From the NCBI GenBank assembly GCA_028687275.1, contig JAQUAK010000001.1, positions 164,213 to 228,212 of the forward strand: a stretch of DNA of 64,000 nt. The letters run 5' to 3'. Below the pieces are notes generated by a model. The model was not told the DNA's origin. It made no database searches and was given only the letters and a program-made list of their open reading frames with translations. Below, one piece after another: positions 17,189-28,090 of this stretch. The translations under genes and the position numbers were made by a program. Source of the stretch: Patescibacteria group bacterium (GTDB taxonomy: Bacteria > Patescibacteriota > Patescibacteriia > Patescibacteriales > UBA12465). Numbering within the stretch: position 1 is the first letter of the stretch; each line of letters starts with the position of its first letter.

Positions 17189-17734
17189 ATGATTAATAAA
17201 AAAGACACACACGCAGAAATTATAACTGTTGCTAAAAAATTATTTGGCACAGGTAATTTTTCATCAGTTTCAATGTCTCAGATAGCACAAGAGGTTGGTA
17301 TTAATAAAGCATCTTTATACTATTTTTTTAAGGATAAAATGGAGATATATTTTGATGTTATAGAAGATTTAATGATAAAAGTTAGCAATGAATTTAATAT
17401 CGAAGAAAAGAGACAGGCAACAAGTAGTTTTGCTGATACTATAGAAAGGGTGATTAATTTAAGCATTTCCGAGGGTAGCATGTTTGTACGATTTGATGTT
17501 GGACAAAAACAAATAAACAAAGAGCAAAAACATAAGATAATGACAATATTTAAAACTTTCTCTCAAAAGGTAGAAGATTTTTTAACTTTCTATAAAGTAG
17601 ATAGCCCAAAATTAGCTTCTTCTATTCTAATAAGTTCCATTCATAGTTATGTTAAAGATGTCTGTTTACTTAATCCAAAAATATCATCAAAAATATATAG
17701 TCAGTATCTAGAAAATCTATTTTTAAAAAAATAA
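17189..17734 (+). CDS. TetR/AcrR family transcriptional regulator
   Basis: N-terminal HTH VSMSQIAQEVGINKASLYYFFKDK. Confidence 0.85.
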   Translation: MINKKDTHAEIITVAKKLFGTGNFSSVSMSQIAQEVGINKASLYYFFKDKMEIYFDVIEDLMIKVSNEFNIEEKRQATSSFADTIERVINLSISEGSMFVRFDVGQKQINKEQKHKIMTIFKTFSQKVEDFLTFYKVDSPKLASSILISSIHSYVKDVCLLNPKISSKIYSQYLENLFLKK

Positions 17735-17771
17735 TTTATAGTTTAAGGAATCTTTATATTCCTATACTTCG

Positions 17772-19571
17772 TTGAATATTATGTCAATCAAAAAATTACC
17801 AAAATCCACTAAGCTTGTTTTATTGGGGATTGTCGTTCTGATTATTGTAATGGGAATGATTATTTCGCGTGAAGGCAAAAGTGTGTCACCGGAACCAGTA
17901 GAGAAAAGTATGCCGGTTATTTTGTTACCATTAAACAATATTACAGACAACTCTGTCGTATCTATTACCTCTGGTGAAATAGAATCTTTAGAGCAGGTAA
18001 CTCTTAGTAGCGAAATGTCCGGAACTATAGCTCAAGTTAATGTTTCTATTGGCGATAAAATTTCTGCTGGTCAAGCGTTAGTACAATTTAAAGCTGCAGA
18101 TAAATCGGCTCAATTAGCTCAAGTTCAAGCAGACTATGATAACACACTCGCTGCAGAGGCTTCTTTACTTGCACAAATAGAAACTGCGAAAGCAAATCAT
18201 CAAAAACTCATTCTTTCTACAGAGAATAGAGTTGCTACAGCGGAAATTGCTGTTGAGAAATCAAAAAATAATTTAACTCAAAATGCTCCTCAGGCGACAG
18301 AAAACTTAATCTCTGATGCTTATGATAATGCTTATATTTTTTTAACATCAGTACAAAATTCTCTCACAAAAAAATTTCAGGATGCAGATAGTATTTTAGG
18401 AATTGAGAATACTTATATTAATAACAAATTTAAATACCTTTTAGGGGCAAAAAATAGCCACACTCTTAATACAGCAAACGAGAGCTATCACTTAGCTATA
18501 AAAGAAAAACTAAAATTTGATACTACGATGAGTAATTTATCGATATCAAGTAATGATAGTCAAATTGATGCGGCTATAGTTTTAGCAGATAGCGCTTTGT
18601 TAGAAACAAAAACACTGTTTTTAGATCTAACCTCTTTGTTAGATAGCACGATTGTTAGTTCTGATTTTTCTCAAAATGAGTTAAATAGCCTGATAAATAT
18701 GGTGAACACTAGTCGTGATGATATTTCTAATAAGAGAACCATGTTAATTAATATTAAACAATCATTACAAGACGCTAAAAATACATTAGATAATAGAGAG
18801 TTGACGAATTTAAAAAACAAAGTTGATCTGGAAATAACTTACAGAAAATCTTTGAGTGATCTTGAGGATATCAAAAAACAAGTAGCGGCTGATATTTATG
18901 CCTCTGAAGCTGGAATAAAGCAATTAGAAGTAAATTTAGGGTCTCAAGATGCTATGATTAAAAGATCTCTTGCCTCTATATCAGGTGTACAAGCAGAATT
19001 TGCCAAAACATCAGTACGGTCACCTATTAGTGGAACAGTTGCTAGCATTGACGTTAAAATGGGCGAGCTTGTATCTACTGGTAAAATTGTTGCGAAAATA
19101 ATAAATACCGACGGTCTTCAGGTTAAAGCTTTTGTGCCAGATAGCGTTTTAGCGTCTTTAAAAATAGGAGGAACAGTATTAGTTGACGGTAGCCCAATAG
19201 GAACAATTTTGCGTATTGCGCCTAGTGTTAATGAAATAACAAAGAAGGTAGAGCTTATCATATCTGTAGAGCCTAAAGATGGCCTCACTTTTTTAGTCGG
19301 ACAATTCGTGGAGCTTAAAATATTAGCAAGTGCTGACAATCTGGTAGATGCTCCAATCTTACTTCCTTTGCAAGCTATAAAAGTAGACCCAACAAGTCAT
19401 AGTATCTTTGTAGTAAATGATCAGAATATTGTTGAAGAAATACAGGTTGAAACTGGAAAGTTAGTTGGTGATAAAATAGAAATAATCTCAGATTTATCTA
19501 TTTATGATGCTGTGATTTCAACAGCCCGAGGCATTGTTGCTGGTCAAGCCGTAACTGTAATTCAAGAATAA
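17772..19571 (+). CDS. HlyD/RND-type membrane fusion protein, unusually long (599 aa); paralogue of 12798-14663
   Basis: TM anchor, lipoyl-like GDKISAGQALV, long helical insert sharing the LGAKNS block with the other adaptor, C-terminal barrel. Confidence 0.8.
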   Translation: MNIMSIKKLPKSTKLVLLGIVVLIIVMGMIISREGKSVSPEPVEKSMPVILLPLNNITDNSVVSITSGEIESLEQVTLSSEMSGTIAQVNVSIGDKISAGQALVQFKAADKSAQLAQVQADYDNTLAAEASLLAQIETAKANHQKLILSTENRVATAEIAVEKSKNNLTQNAPQATENLISDAYDNAYIFLTSVQNSLTKKFQDADSILGIENTYINNKFKYLLGAKNSHTLNTANESYHLAIKEKLKFDTTMSNLSISSNDSQIDAAIVLADSALLETKTLFLDLTSLLDSTIVSSDFSQNELNSLINMVNTSRDDISNKRTMLINIKQSLQDAKNTLDNRELTNLKNKVDLEITYRKSLSDLEDIKKQVAADIYASEAGIKQLEVNLGSQDAMIKRSLASISGVQAEFAKTSVRSPISGTVASIDVKMGELVSTGKIVAKIINTDGLQVKAFVPDSVLASLKIGGTVLVDGSPIGTILRIAPSVNEITKKVELIISVEPKDGLTFLVGQFVELKILASADNLVDAPILLPLQAIKVDPTSHSIFVVNDQNIVEEIQVETGKLVGDKIEIISDLSIYDAVISTARGIVAGQAVTVIQE

Positions 19572-19572
19572 T

Positions 19573-22500
19573 ATGGAGATGAAAGAAAAAATTGAAAAAA
19601 AATCAATCTGGGAGTCATTTGTTCGTCATTATCGCTTAACCCTTATCTTTATATTGGGTATTGTGTTGCTTGGGGTTTTAGCCATTATGCAAATGCCCAA
19701 AGAATCAAGTCCTGAAATTGATTTTCCCGTGGCAGTAGTGACCACATCTTTCTTAGGGGCTAGTGCATCTGATGTAGAAGAACTCGTTACCAATCCTTTA
19801 GAAGATAAAATAAAAAGTTTGACAGGTATAGATAATCTAACTTCATCCTCACAACAAGGAATCTCCATGATTACCGTTAGCTTTGATGTTAATGCTGATT
19901 CATTAAAGTCAATGACTGATTTGCGTTCAAAAATTGATTCTGCTATTCCTAATTTACCAGGTGATGTTAGCGCTCCTAATGTTCAACAGATTAGTTTCTC
20001 TGATATGCCTATTTTACAGATTTCTGTGAGCGGGCCTTTTCAAGCAATGGACTTGAAAAATTTTGCAGAGACGCTTAAAGATGAAATAGAAACAGTTACC
20101 GGTGTTTCTCAGGTTAATTTGATTGGCGCTCCTGATAGGGAAGTGAGGGTTCTTATTAATAAATCTTCACTCGATCAGTTTAATCTTAGTATTGGGCAAG
20201 TATCTAATGCTATTACGCAAGCAAATATTAATTTGCCGGTAGGTTCTATTGAGTCTGCAGATGCAATATATAGTGTTCGCTTTGCTGGACAAATTTTTAG
20301 TGCCGAGGATGTAATAAATGTTCCTATTGCGACTATTGATGATACCGTCATTACAGTTGGAGACATTGCCCGTGTTCTTGACGGGCCAGTTGATACGGGG
20401 AGTATTGCTAGGCTGAGCGTAAATGGTGGTGAGCCAACACCTTCTGTTTCGCTACAAATTTTTAAAGTAAGCGGTGGCAATATCCTTGAAGTAGCAGATG
20501 CAATTGACAGTAAAATTAGCGAATTGAAAAGCAATACCTTACCTAATAATTTGCAAATTGAGATAGTAGCGAGTGACGCCGAACGTATTCGTATAGATTT
20601 AAATAATCTACTTGTAAATGGTTTAGAAACAATTCTAATCATTATTATCTTACTTTTGATTTTTCTAGGTTGGAGAGAGGCAATTTTAGCTAGTTTGGCG
20701 GTTCCTTTGACCTTTCTTATGTCTTTTATAGTTTTAGGTCAACTTGGTTATACTATCAATTTCTTAACTTTATTCTCCCTTATTTTATCATTAGGTATTT
20801 TGGTTGACGGAGCGATAGTAATGGTAGAAGGAATGCATAATCATCTATCAAGCGGCAAATCTCCAAAAGAGGCGGCTGTTGCCACTATACGTGAGTTTCA
20901 AACTCCTTTAATTGCGGGAACCATGACGACTATTTTTGTCTTTTTGCCAATGTTAATGACCTCTGGAATTATTGGTAAATTTATCGTCAGCATCCCCGTC
21001 ACTGTTACTGTTGTGTTAGTCTCGTCAATTATTGTAGCCTTAGGCATGGTTACGACACTTGGTTCAAAATTTCTACACACTGGCAGTGCGGTTAGTAAAA
21101 ATAATAATAAAAAGAATGGATCAGGTAAAATTATTTCAAAAGTATATGCAGCATATAGCCGCTCGCTCAGCAATTTGCTAACAAGTGCTAAAAAACGCAA
21201 TACAGTATTTTTGATAATGATAGTTCTTTTCTTTCTTAGCATGTTACTTCCTATTACAGGAATACTAAAAGTAAGCATGTTCCCACAAACAGATACAGAT
21301 ACATTCTCAATAGATATTGAAAAGTCGGTTGGAACCCCCTTAGAAACAACAGATGCCTTTTCTAAGCAAATCGAAGATATGTTAGTTGAAGATAAGCGTA
21401 TAAAATCTTTTATCACTAAAATAGGGTCAACTAGCGGTGCCGGCAGTGTATCCGCTGGTAATAGCAATTCTCATTTAGGTAGTTTCACCGTTAATCTTTT
21501 GCCAGACAGACAGGAGACAAGCATGGAGATAAGCGAGGAGTATGAAGAAAAATTTAATAATATAACTGGCGGCAAAGTCACCATTGTGCAACAAACAAAT
21601 GGCCCGGAGCAAGGTGCTCCAGTTAATATTAAAATAAGTGGTGTTAATATTGATAAGCTCGAAGCCATTGCTAATGATGCTAAGAAGTTGTTAGAAAATA
21701 TCCCGGGCTCAAATAATGTTGAAGTCTCAACAAAGGATAATAGTGGGGAATTTGTTTTAAGTATTGATCGATCTAAGGCAAAATTCTATGGAGTGAGTAC
21801 CGCGGAAGTAGCATCACTTCTTAGAAATGCAGTTACTGGAAGCACTGTGACAGTATTGAAAAAAGACGGTGAAGATATTGATGTCGTTGTAAAATACGAC
21901 ATGGATGTTCAATCAGAGGGCTTTTCAAGATTGGATGTTGTTGATATTGGTGAAATAAGCTCATTAAGCATCACTACTGCTAAAGGTAGAATCCCCTTAG
22001 TTTCCTTTTTGAGTACAGATCTTGATTCTAATCGAGCAGTTATAAATCATGAGGATGGAGACCAATTGGTTAGCGTTACCTCATTTGTGAAAGATGGTTA
22101 TCAGGCGCAGCAAATCGTTTTAGCTTTTCAAAAACAAGTAGCTTCGCTGAATTTGCCCGCTGGTTATTCCTTAACCTATGGTGGCGAAACGGAAAGTATT
22201 AATGAATCATTTGCGGATATGTTTAAAGCAATGATTTTAGGCATATTTATGATTGCCGGTCTACTTGTTTGGCAGTTTCGTTCTTATAGACAACCATTAT
22301 TTGTTTTATCCAGCATCCCCCTATCTCTTATTGGTGTTTTTCCTGGTTTAGTATTGGTAGGTCAATCAATTAGCTTTCCTTCTTTTATAGGTATTGTGGC
22401 TCTTGCCGGAATAGTAGTAAATAATGCTATAATTTTGATTGATAGGATAAATGAAAATAGAATTAATAATGGCATGTCTATAGATGAAAGCATTGCTGAT

Positions 22501-22707
22501 GCTGCGTCTAGTCGCTTACAACCGATTTTATTAACCACGATAACAACCGTTGCCGGCATACTTCCTTTAGCTCTTACTAATCCTTCATGGGGACCTCTGG
22601 GCTACTCAATTGTGTTTGGATTGTTATTTTCTACAGTCTTAACTCTCTTTATGGTGCCATTACTCTATCAGCGTTTTGGTGAGAAAGTACTTGATGCAAA
22701 TGATTAA
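19573..22707 (+). CDS. RND (AcrB/HAE1-like) efflux permease
   Basis: 1044 aa with a duplicated 6-TM plus large-loop architecture. Start lies 1 nt after the adaptor stop. Confidence 0.9.
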   Translation: MEMKEKIEKKSIWESFVRHYRLTLIFILGIVLLGVLAIMQMPKESSPEIDFPVAVVTTSFLGASASDVEELVTNPLEDKIKSLTGIDNLTSSSQQGISMITVSFDVNADSLKSMTDLRSKIDSAIPNLPGDVSAPNVQQISFSDMPILQISVSGPFQAMDLKNFAETLKDEIETVTGVSQVNLIGAPDREVRVLINKSSLDQFNLSIGQVSNAITQANINLPVGSIESADAIYSVRFAGQIFSAEDVINVPIATIDDTVITVGDIARVLDGPVDTGSIARLSVNGGEPTPSVSLQIFKVSGGNILEVADAIDSKISELKSNTLPNNLQIEIVASDAERIRIDLNNLLVNGLETILIIIILLLIFLGWREAILASLAVPLTFLMSFIVLGQLGYTINFLTLFSLILSLGILVDGAIVMVEGMHNHLSSGKSPKEAAVATIREFQTPLIAGTMTTIFVFLPMLMTSGIIGKFIVSIPVTVTVVLVSSIIVALGMVTTLGSKFLHTGSAVSKNNNKKNGSGKIISKVYAAYSRSLSNLLTSAKKRNTVFLIMIVLFFLSMLLPITGILKVSMFPQTDTDTFSIDIEKSVGTPLETTDAFSKQIEDMLVEDKRIKSFITKIGSTSGAGSVSAGNSNSHLGSFTVNLLPDRQETSMEISEEYEEKFNNITGGKVTIVQQTNGPEQGAPVNIKISGVNIDKLEAIANDAKKLLENIPGSNNVEVSTKDNSGEFVLSIDRSKAKFYGVSTAEVASLLRNAVTGSTVTVLKKDGEDIDVVVKYDMDVQSEGFSRLDVVDIGEISSLSITTAKGRIPLVSFLSTDLDSNRAVINHEDGDQLVSVTSFVKDGYQAQQIVLAFQKQVASLNLPAGYSLTYGGETESINESFADMFKAMILGIFMIAGLLVWQFRSYRQPLFVLSSIPLSLIGVFPGLVLVGQSISFPSFIGIVALAGIVVNNAIILIDRINENRINNGMSIDESIADAASSRLQPILLTTITTVAGILPLALTNPSWGPLGYSIVFGLLFSTVLTLFMVPLLYQRFGEKVLDAND

Positions 22708-22749
22708 TTATAATTAGCATTATTAAAAAAAGATATCGTGTAATGTGAT

Positions 22750-22781
22750 AAAAAAAGAACGATTTTAGTCGTTCTTTTTTT
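22750..22781 (+). terminator. Terminator after the RND gene
   Basis: Stem agaacga / tcgttct flanked by A and T runs. Confidence 0.65.
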
Positions 22782-22912
22782 AATCATAACCCATTTATCT
22801 CTATGCTTATCGAACCCCTAAGCTCTAAAGAAAAAAATGGTTTGGAGAGCATGCACGTATAACTCCAGTCTCACATACTTATATTGGTGGGAACCTAAAA
22901 CAATGGAATGAC

Positions 22913-23116
22913 ATGTGGCTTGATTTTTGGGATAGTGCAAATATAAATTGGGTTACTCTAGATGAATTTATGCTACAGCCAGACTGGACCATGCCTTTAT
23001 GGCAAATCCCAACCAACATGAATAATCCCTATACGGAAGAAAAAGTGAGGCCGCTAACTCCATATGAAATTGAAGCAAAGGTTAATAATATGTGCGCAAC
23101 GCCTGATGGTTTATAG
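22913..23116 (+). CDS. Small hypothetical protein (Trp-rich); doubtful
   Basis: ORF only. The frame is open upstream to 22829 without an ATG. Confidence 0.25.
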   Translation: MWLDFWDSANINWVTLDEFMLQPDWTMPLWQIPTNMNNPYTEEKVRPLTPYEIEAKVNNMCATPDGL

Positions 23117-23266
23117 CTAGTGAGCAAGTTGTTAAGATTAATTTTTTAGTTTTTATAATTATTTAATTTTAGTCTAAAGAGTCCTTTTTATAGGGCTTTT
23201 TTTGTATTAAAAATGATTTTAAGTAGAGCTTATGCTATAATTAAGGTATAAAAACTAAAAAAATTT

Positions 23267-25636
23267 ATGAACAAAACAAAATTAAAAAAAGCTGGTTTAG
23301 TGCTCTTAATTATCTTTGTAATCGTATTAGCAGTAATTAGTGTTTTTATTTACACAAAAAATTATTTAGCTGTCCCTAATAATGAAAGTGAGCCCTTAAA
23401 TAATTTAGTGAATAATTCGCAGCTAGTAAAGGCTAATGAGCCGATTCTTGATTTTGTGCCGACTTATCAAGAAAATAAGGTCCCGCTCAGTCAGGTAACT
23501 AATTATCAAGCTCTCAGTGCTAAGTATGGTTTAAATCTTTCATCTGAACAAGAGACATTTTTAGAGGCTAATCGCTTTCTATTAATTGATACTGATCAAG
23601 TTCCTTTTTTCAGTTCTAGCTTTAATTTTGATCAGTGGTTGCTTGATTCCGATTCTTTGGGCGGCGGTTCTATTTATGAGCGCAAGCCAGAAGACGCAGT
23701 TTTAGTGACTCCCGATACAGTACTCCATGCCTATCATAAGTATTTTGAATTAACTTTAGAGCAGTTGGAACAGCATGAGTTAAGCCAAGCACTCGGCAGT
23801 TTTTTGTCTGGCTTACATGCCAATCTCTCTGTGGCCGTTAAAGATAGTCAAGGAGAGGTGAGGACTCGTTATCAAAATTTGGAGGCACAGATTGTTTTAG
23901 CTCGCATATTGTTTGAGAATAAGAATGTAGATAAGCCTACTTATTTTGCTTCGCCTGCTGATGAGCAACAGTATGGTGAGTCTGATAAAACAGCTGACTC
24001 GCTGGTAAATGCTAAAAAACTTTTGCAGACATATTCCGCTGATTTATCACCTGAATTAATAGCAGCTATTGATTCTGACTTAGGCGATATCTATGCAGCT
24101 GAAAATATTGGCGCCTCGCCTTTATTTAAACAGTATGATGACCAGATTCAGACTGACTATACACAATTTACCCCGCGTAGTCATTATAGTAAGAATTCAG
24201 TTTTACGTGCCTATTTTCGAACCATGATGTATTTGGGTCGTAGTAGTTATCTGTTACACAGTGATTTAGCTATCGCTGATACTAATTTATTGCTTAAACA
24301 GATGGAGCTTAAAAATAGTCTATCAGAAGCCCCCATCGTGGCTTGGCATAAGATTACGGATGTGACTAGTTTTTATGCTGGTGAGAGTGATGATATCTCT
24401 TATCAGGAATGGAAAGATTTTACTACTAGTGTGTTAGGAACTCAAATTAATAAGGATGAAGAGCTTATTGCCAGGGCTAATATTGATAAGCTCAAAGCTA
24501 ACTTAGATAAGTTAAAGAAACCCAGAATATTATCGGATGTCATTATTGACGAAAATATGGCTGGCCGCGATAAGGCTTCTTTACTTAATCAATCGCTATC
24601 TTTTAGAGTTTTTGGGCAAAAGTTTTCTTATGACGCTTGGATTTTGAATGATTTAACTGCTGGACAAGAAAAAACTGAAGTTAGATTACCATCCACGCCT
24701 TCAGCTTTATTTATTCCAGCCGCTTTCGGCGATAATCAGGCTAGAGAGTATAGCGGTGATTTCTTGAAGAAATCGGCTGATTTCAGTCAGGCGGAAGTGA
24801 GTGATTTTTTTACTAAACTTGATCAAAAAAAACTTGATATTCAAAAAGTTTCTGGAAAAGAGTGGTTTAATTCTATGGCTAGTTCCTGGCTCTATATTTT
24901 AGGATCACTGACTTATGATTACGGTAATAATTACCCGCTCTACATGCAATCTCCACTTTTTTCAAGTAAACAGATCCAGTCTTTTCTGGGTTCTTACGCC
25001 GAATTAAAGCACGATACTTTGCTGTATGCTAAGCAAAGTTATGCCGAGCTAGGTGCGGGCGGAAATAATGAGCCTCTACCGCCAGTGGTTAAAGGTTTTG
25101 TTGAGCCTAATTTAGTATTTTGGCAGCGCTTTAATCTTTTACTTAATCGAACCGAACAGCTGTTTAATGATAATAATTTATTTACTAATCAAAGTGCTGC
25201 TGAGCGTTTAAGTGAGTTTAAGAAAATCTCTTTGTTCTACGCTGATATTGCCGAAAAAGAATTACGCTCTCAGGCGATTAGCGATGATGATTATGAAAGA
25301 TTACGCACAGTTAAATTGACTTTTATGGCCCAGCCTTTTGAAGCACTTGACCCCAGTGAAAGCTCCTATCAAACTGCTTTGATTGCTGACGTTCATACTG
25401 ATATGCTTAAAAACCAGATACTTTATGAAGCTACTGCGAAACCATATTTAATGTTAGCGATAGTAGCGAATGAAAATTTACCTCGGGTTGTGGCTGGTTT
25501 GGTGTATAACCATTATGAGTTAACTGATCCTATCGGCAAACGCTTGAGCGATGAAAGCTGGCGTCAGCAAGTTTATCAGACTAGTGAGACTTTACCGACT
25601 AAAAACTTTTGGTATCAATCTTTACTTATCCAATGA
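23267..25636 (+). CDS. Membrane-anchored exported protein, probably DUF3160 family
   Basis: N-terminal TM. FTPRSHYSKNSVLRAYFRTMMYLGR resembles my memory of the DUF3160 core. Confidence 0.5.
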   Translation: MNKTKLKKAGLVLLIIFVIVLAVISVFIYTKNYLAVPNNESEPLNNLVNNSQLVKANEPILDFVPTYQENKVPLSQVTNYQALSAKYGLNLSSEQETFLEANRFLLIDTDQVPFFSSSFNFDQWLLDSDSLGGGSIYERKPEDAVLVTPDTVLHAYHKYFELTLEQLEQHELSQALGSFLSGLHANLSVAVKDSQGEVRTRYQNLEAQIVLARILFENKNVDKPTYFASPADEQQYGESDKTADSLVNAKKLLQTYSADLSPELIAAIDSDLGDIYAAENIGASPLFKQYDDQIQTDYTQFTPRSHYSKNSVLRAYFRTMMYLGRSSYLLHSDLAIADTNLLLKQMELKNSLSEAPIVAWHKITDVTSFYAGESDDISYQEWKDFTTSVLGTQINKDEELIARANIDKLKANLDKLKKPRILSDVIIDENMAGRDKASLLNQSLSFRVFGQKFSYDAWILNDLTAGQEKTEVRLPSTPSALFIPAAFGDNQAREYSGDFLKKSADFSQAEVSDFFTKLDQKKLDIQKVSGKEWFNSMASSWLYILGSLTYDYGNNYPLYMQSPLFSSKQIQSFLGSYAELKHDTLLYAKQSYAELGAGGNNEPLPPVVKGFVEPNLVFWQRFNLLLNRTEQLFNDNNLFTNQSAAERLSEFKKISLFYADIAEKELRSQAISDDDYERLRTVKLTFMAQPFEALDPSESSYQTALIADVHTDMLKNQILYEATAKPYLMLAIVANENLPRVVAGLVYNHYELTDPIGKRLSDESWRQQVYQTSETLPTKNFWYQSLLIQ

Positions 25637-27435
25637 AAATAAGAAACATCATCATCATAATTGTCGCCATTTTTTTGGGCTTGGTTATTTTTGCTGGTTC
25701 ATTCTTACTTAGAAAAAATCAGCTAAAAAATAATCAGCCTGTTTTGAGCGTTGTTAAAGTTGGGGAAAATATCAATGAAGGGGCGGGTAATCAGTCTAAT
25801 GAGCCGATAGGCTCGCAGTATCTAGATGTTTCATTATTTCTTTCTGCCATTAAACAAAGTGAGGCACAGGTGATTGATAAAAAAGTTACCGGTTTAATTG
25901 TGCCCCATCATTTGCTAGCGATTGATTTGCTGGCTGACTCTTTTGCTGGTGTTGCCACTAAAAAATATCAGAACATTGTCTTGCTTAGCCCAGATCATTT
26001 TTCTGCCGGGCAGAAAGATATTTCGGTAACCGAGCGTGACTTTAGCACTGTCTTTGGTGAAGTTAAAACAGACACAGACATTTCTGCTCACTTAAAAAAA
26101 TTATCTTTTGTTGGTGAGGGTGATTTTTTTTATCGTGAACATGGAGTACAGAATATCTTACCTTTTATCCGATATTATTTTCCGACAGCAAAATTAACGG
26201 CCATTACTTTTAAGGCGGAAACTTCTCAATCTGAGTTAGATCAAATTATTGATATTTTAAAAAAAGAATTACCGGCTGAGACCCTTATTATTCAGAGTAC
26301 TGATTTTTCTCATTATCTGACGCCTATAGAAGCCCAGAAACTTGATTTAATATCTATAGATGCGATTAAATCCAGGCAGGGAGAAAATATTTTACAGCTT
26401 AAGCAACCAGAAAATATTGATTCAGTGGCCGCTTTATATGTTCAGACCCGCCTACAAAAAGATTTTTTTAATTTTTCACCAGATATCTTAGCACAGCGTA
26501 ATTCTCAAGATTATACAACCTCAGCAGTTATATCTTCTACTAGCTATATTAGCGCTGTCTATCTGGAGGCAGATAGAGACACAGGTAGTGCAGAATTTAT
26601 TTTTGTTGGTGATGTGATGCTCTCGCGTTATATTGGGGAGCAAATGGAAAAAAATCAAGACTATAATTTTCCTTTTGCTAAGATAACCCCTTTTTTAGCG
26701 GCAGCGGATTTAGTTTTTGCTAATTTAGAAAGTCCAATTTCTAACAAGGGGCAATCAGTTGGTAATCTTTATTCTTTTCGGGCCAACCCTTTAGCCGCTC
26801 TCGGTTTAAAGCAAGCTGGTTTTAGTGTTTTATCAGTCGCCAATAATCATGCTTTTGATTACGGCCTAGATGCTTTTTTGGATACGCTGATTAATTTAAA
26901 GGAGGCGGGACTAGCTTATGTTGGCGGTGGTAATGATTTTGTAGAAGCGCATAATGGCAGTTATCAGGAAATAAATGGCATTAAGACAAGCTTTCTAGCT
27001 TATACTGATTTGTTGCCAGCTAGCAGGGCAGCTAAGAAAGATCAGGCGGGCATTGCTTATTTAGAGGAGGAAGAGATGATTAATGATATTAAAGTGGCTA
27101 AAGAAAAATCAGACTTAGTTATAGTCTCTTTTCATTGGGGTAGGGAATATGAAACGGAATCTAATGAGCGGCAAAGGCGGGTAGCCGCCGTTGCTGTTAA
27201 GGCTGGAGCCTCCTTTATTGTTGGCCATCATCCGCACGTGGTGCAAGAGGTGTCCATAGTCGAAGGAGTCACTGTGGCCTACAGTTTAGGTAATTTTATT
27301 TTTGATCAGAATTTTTCTGAAGCGACAAAAAGTGGTTTAGCGCTTAAGGTTATAATTAAGGATAAAAAAATAAGTGTAGTTCAGCCCTATGTTATTGAAT
27401 TTAATAATAGTTTTCAACCATACTTAAAAAAGTAA
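25634..27435 (+). CDS. Fusion of a Memo/AmmeMemoRadiSam-B-like domain with a CapA/PGA_cap metallophosphatase-like domain
   Basis: N-terminal TM, LIVPHHLLA...LLSPDHF...STDFSHY, then VGDVMLSR...ANNHAFDYG...SFHWGREY...GHHPHV. ATGA start/stop overlap with the upstream gene. Confidence 0.7.
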
Positions 27436-27460
27436 TTAAATTAAAATATTTTATAAATTT

Positions 27461-28005
27461 ATGTTTAGGCCATTAAGTAAATTAAATAGTTATTTTCTTA
27501 AGGATTTTAATCCGGTTATACGTTTTTTAATATTATCAGACACGGTGATTGTGGGAGCCTCGGGCTTACTCGGTCCTATTTTTGCTATTTTTATTGATGA
27601 TTATATCGTGGACGCTGATGCTATTGTAGTTGAATTAAAAAAGATGAGCGCGATGACTTTCTTTTTATCTTTCCTTTATTAATTGCCGCCATGCCGCTTG
27701 CTTATCTTATAGTTAGCACTCCGTTGCAATTATATATAACTCAATTTTTTCTAGGTCTCTTTACTGCTTTCACCTTGCCAACTTACATGGCTATATTTAC
27801 TAGACATATTGATAGGGGTAAGGCGGGTACAGAATGGGGGGTATATTATACCTTAGTTGACTTGACGAGCGCGGCCATGGCTATTGTTGGCGGTTATGTT
27901 GCTAGCAGCTATGGTTTCCGTTCACTTATCATTGTGGTGGTGCTTGTATCAGTGTTGGGGGCGATGATGTTATTTCCGGTGAGAAAATACATGAGAAAGA
28001 CCTAA
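27461..28005 (+). pseudogene. Remnant of an MFS-type transporter (two short ORFs covering only the first and last TM segments)
   Basis: The 73-aa and 104-aa ORFs are hydrophobic, adjacent and in different frames. Together they are far shorter than a 12-TM transporter. Confidence 0.45.
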
Positions 28006-28090
28006 GTTATAAATAAAAGAAATTATTTTCTTGATTGGCGATATAGAAATACTTGAAATTAGCTGGAAAATCGTGCTAAACTACAAAAAT

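Noticed and set aside
1191-22559. Antisense or shadow ORFs in the track inside ligA, the lipoprotein, adaptor, MacB, TetR and RND genes (for example 1191-1394, 12322-12699, 15733-16101, 20175-20642, 20898-21467, all on the minus strand)
   Set aside because: Each lies wholly within a strongly supported gene on the opposite strand. They have low-complexity Ser/Pro/Ile-rich translations and no family motifs. The same applies to later ones (30525-30797, 33037-33279, 40265-40489, 53511-53726, 59879-60098, 61378-62145 and others).
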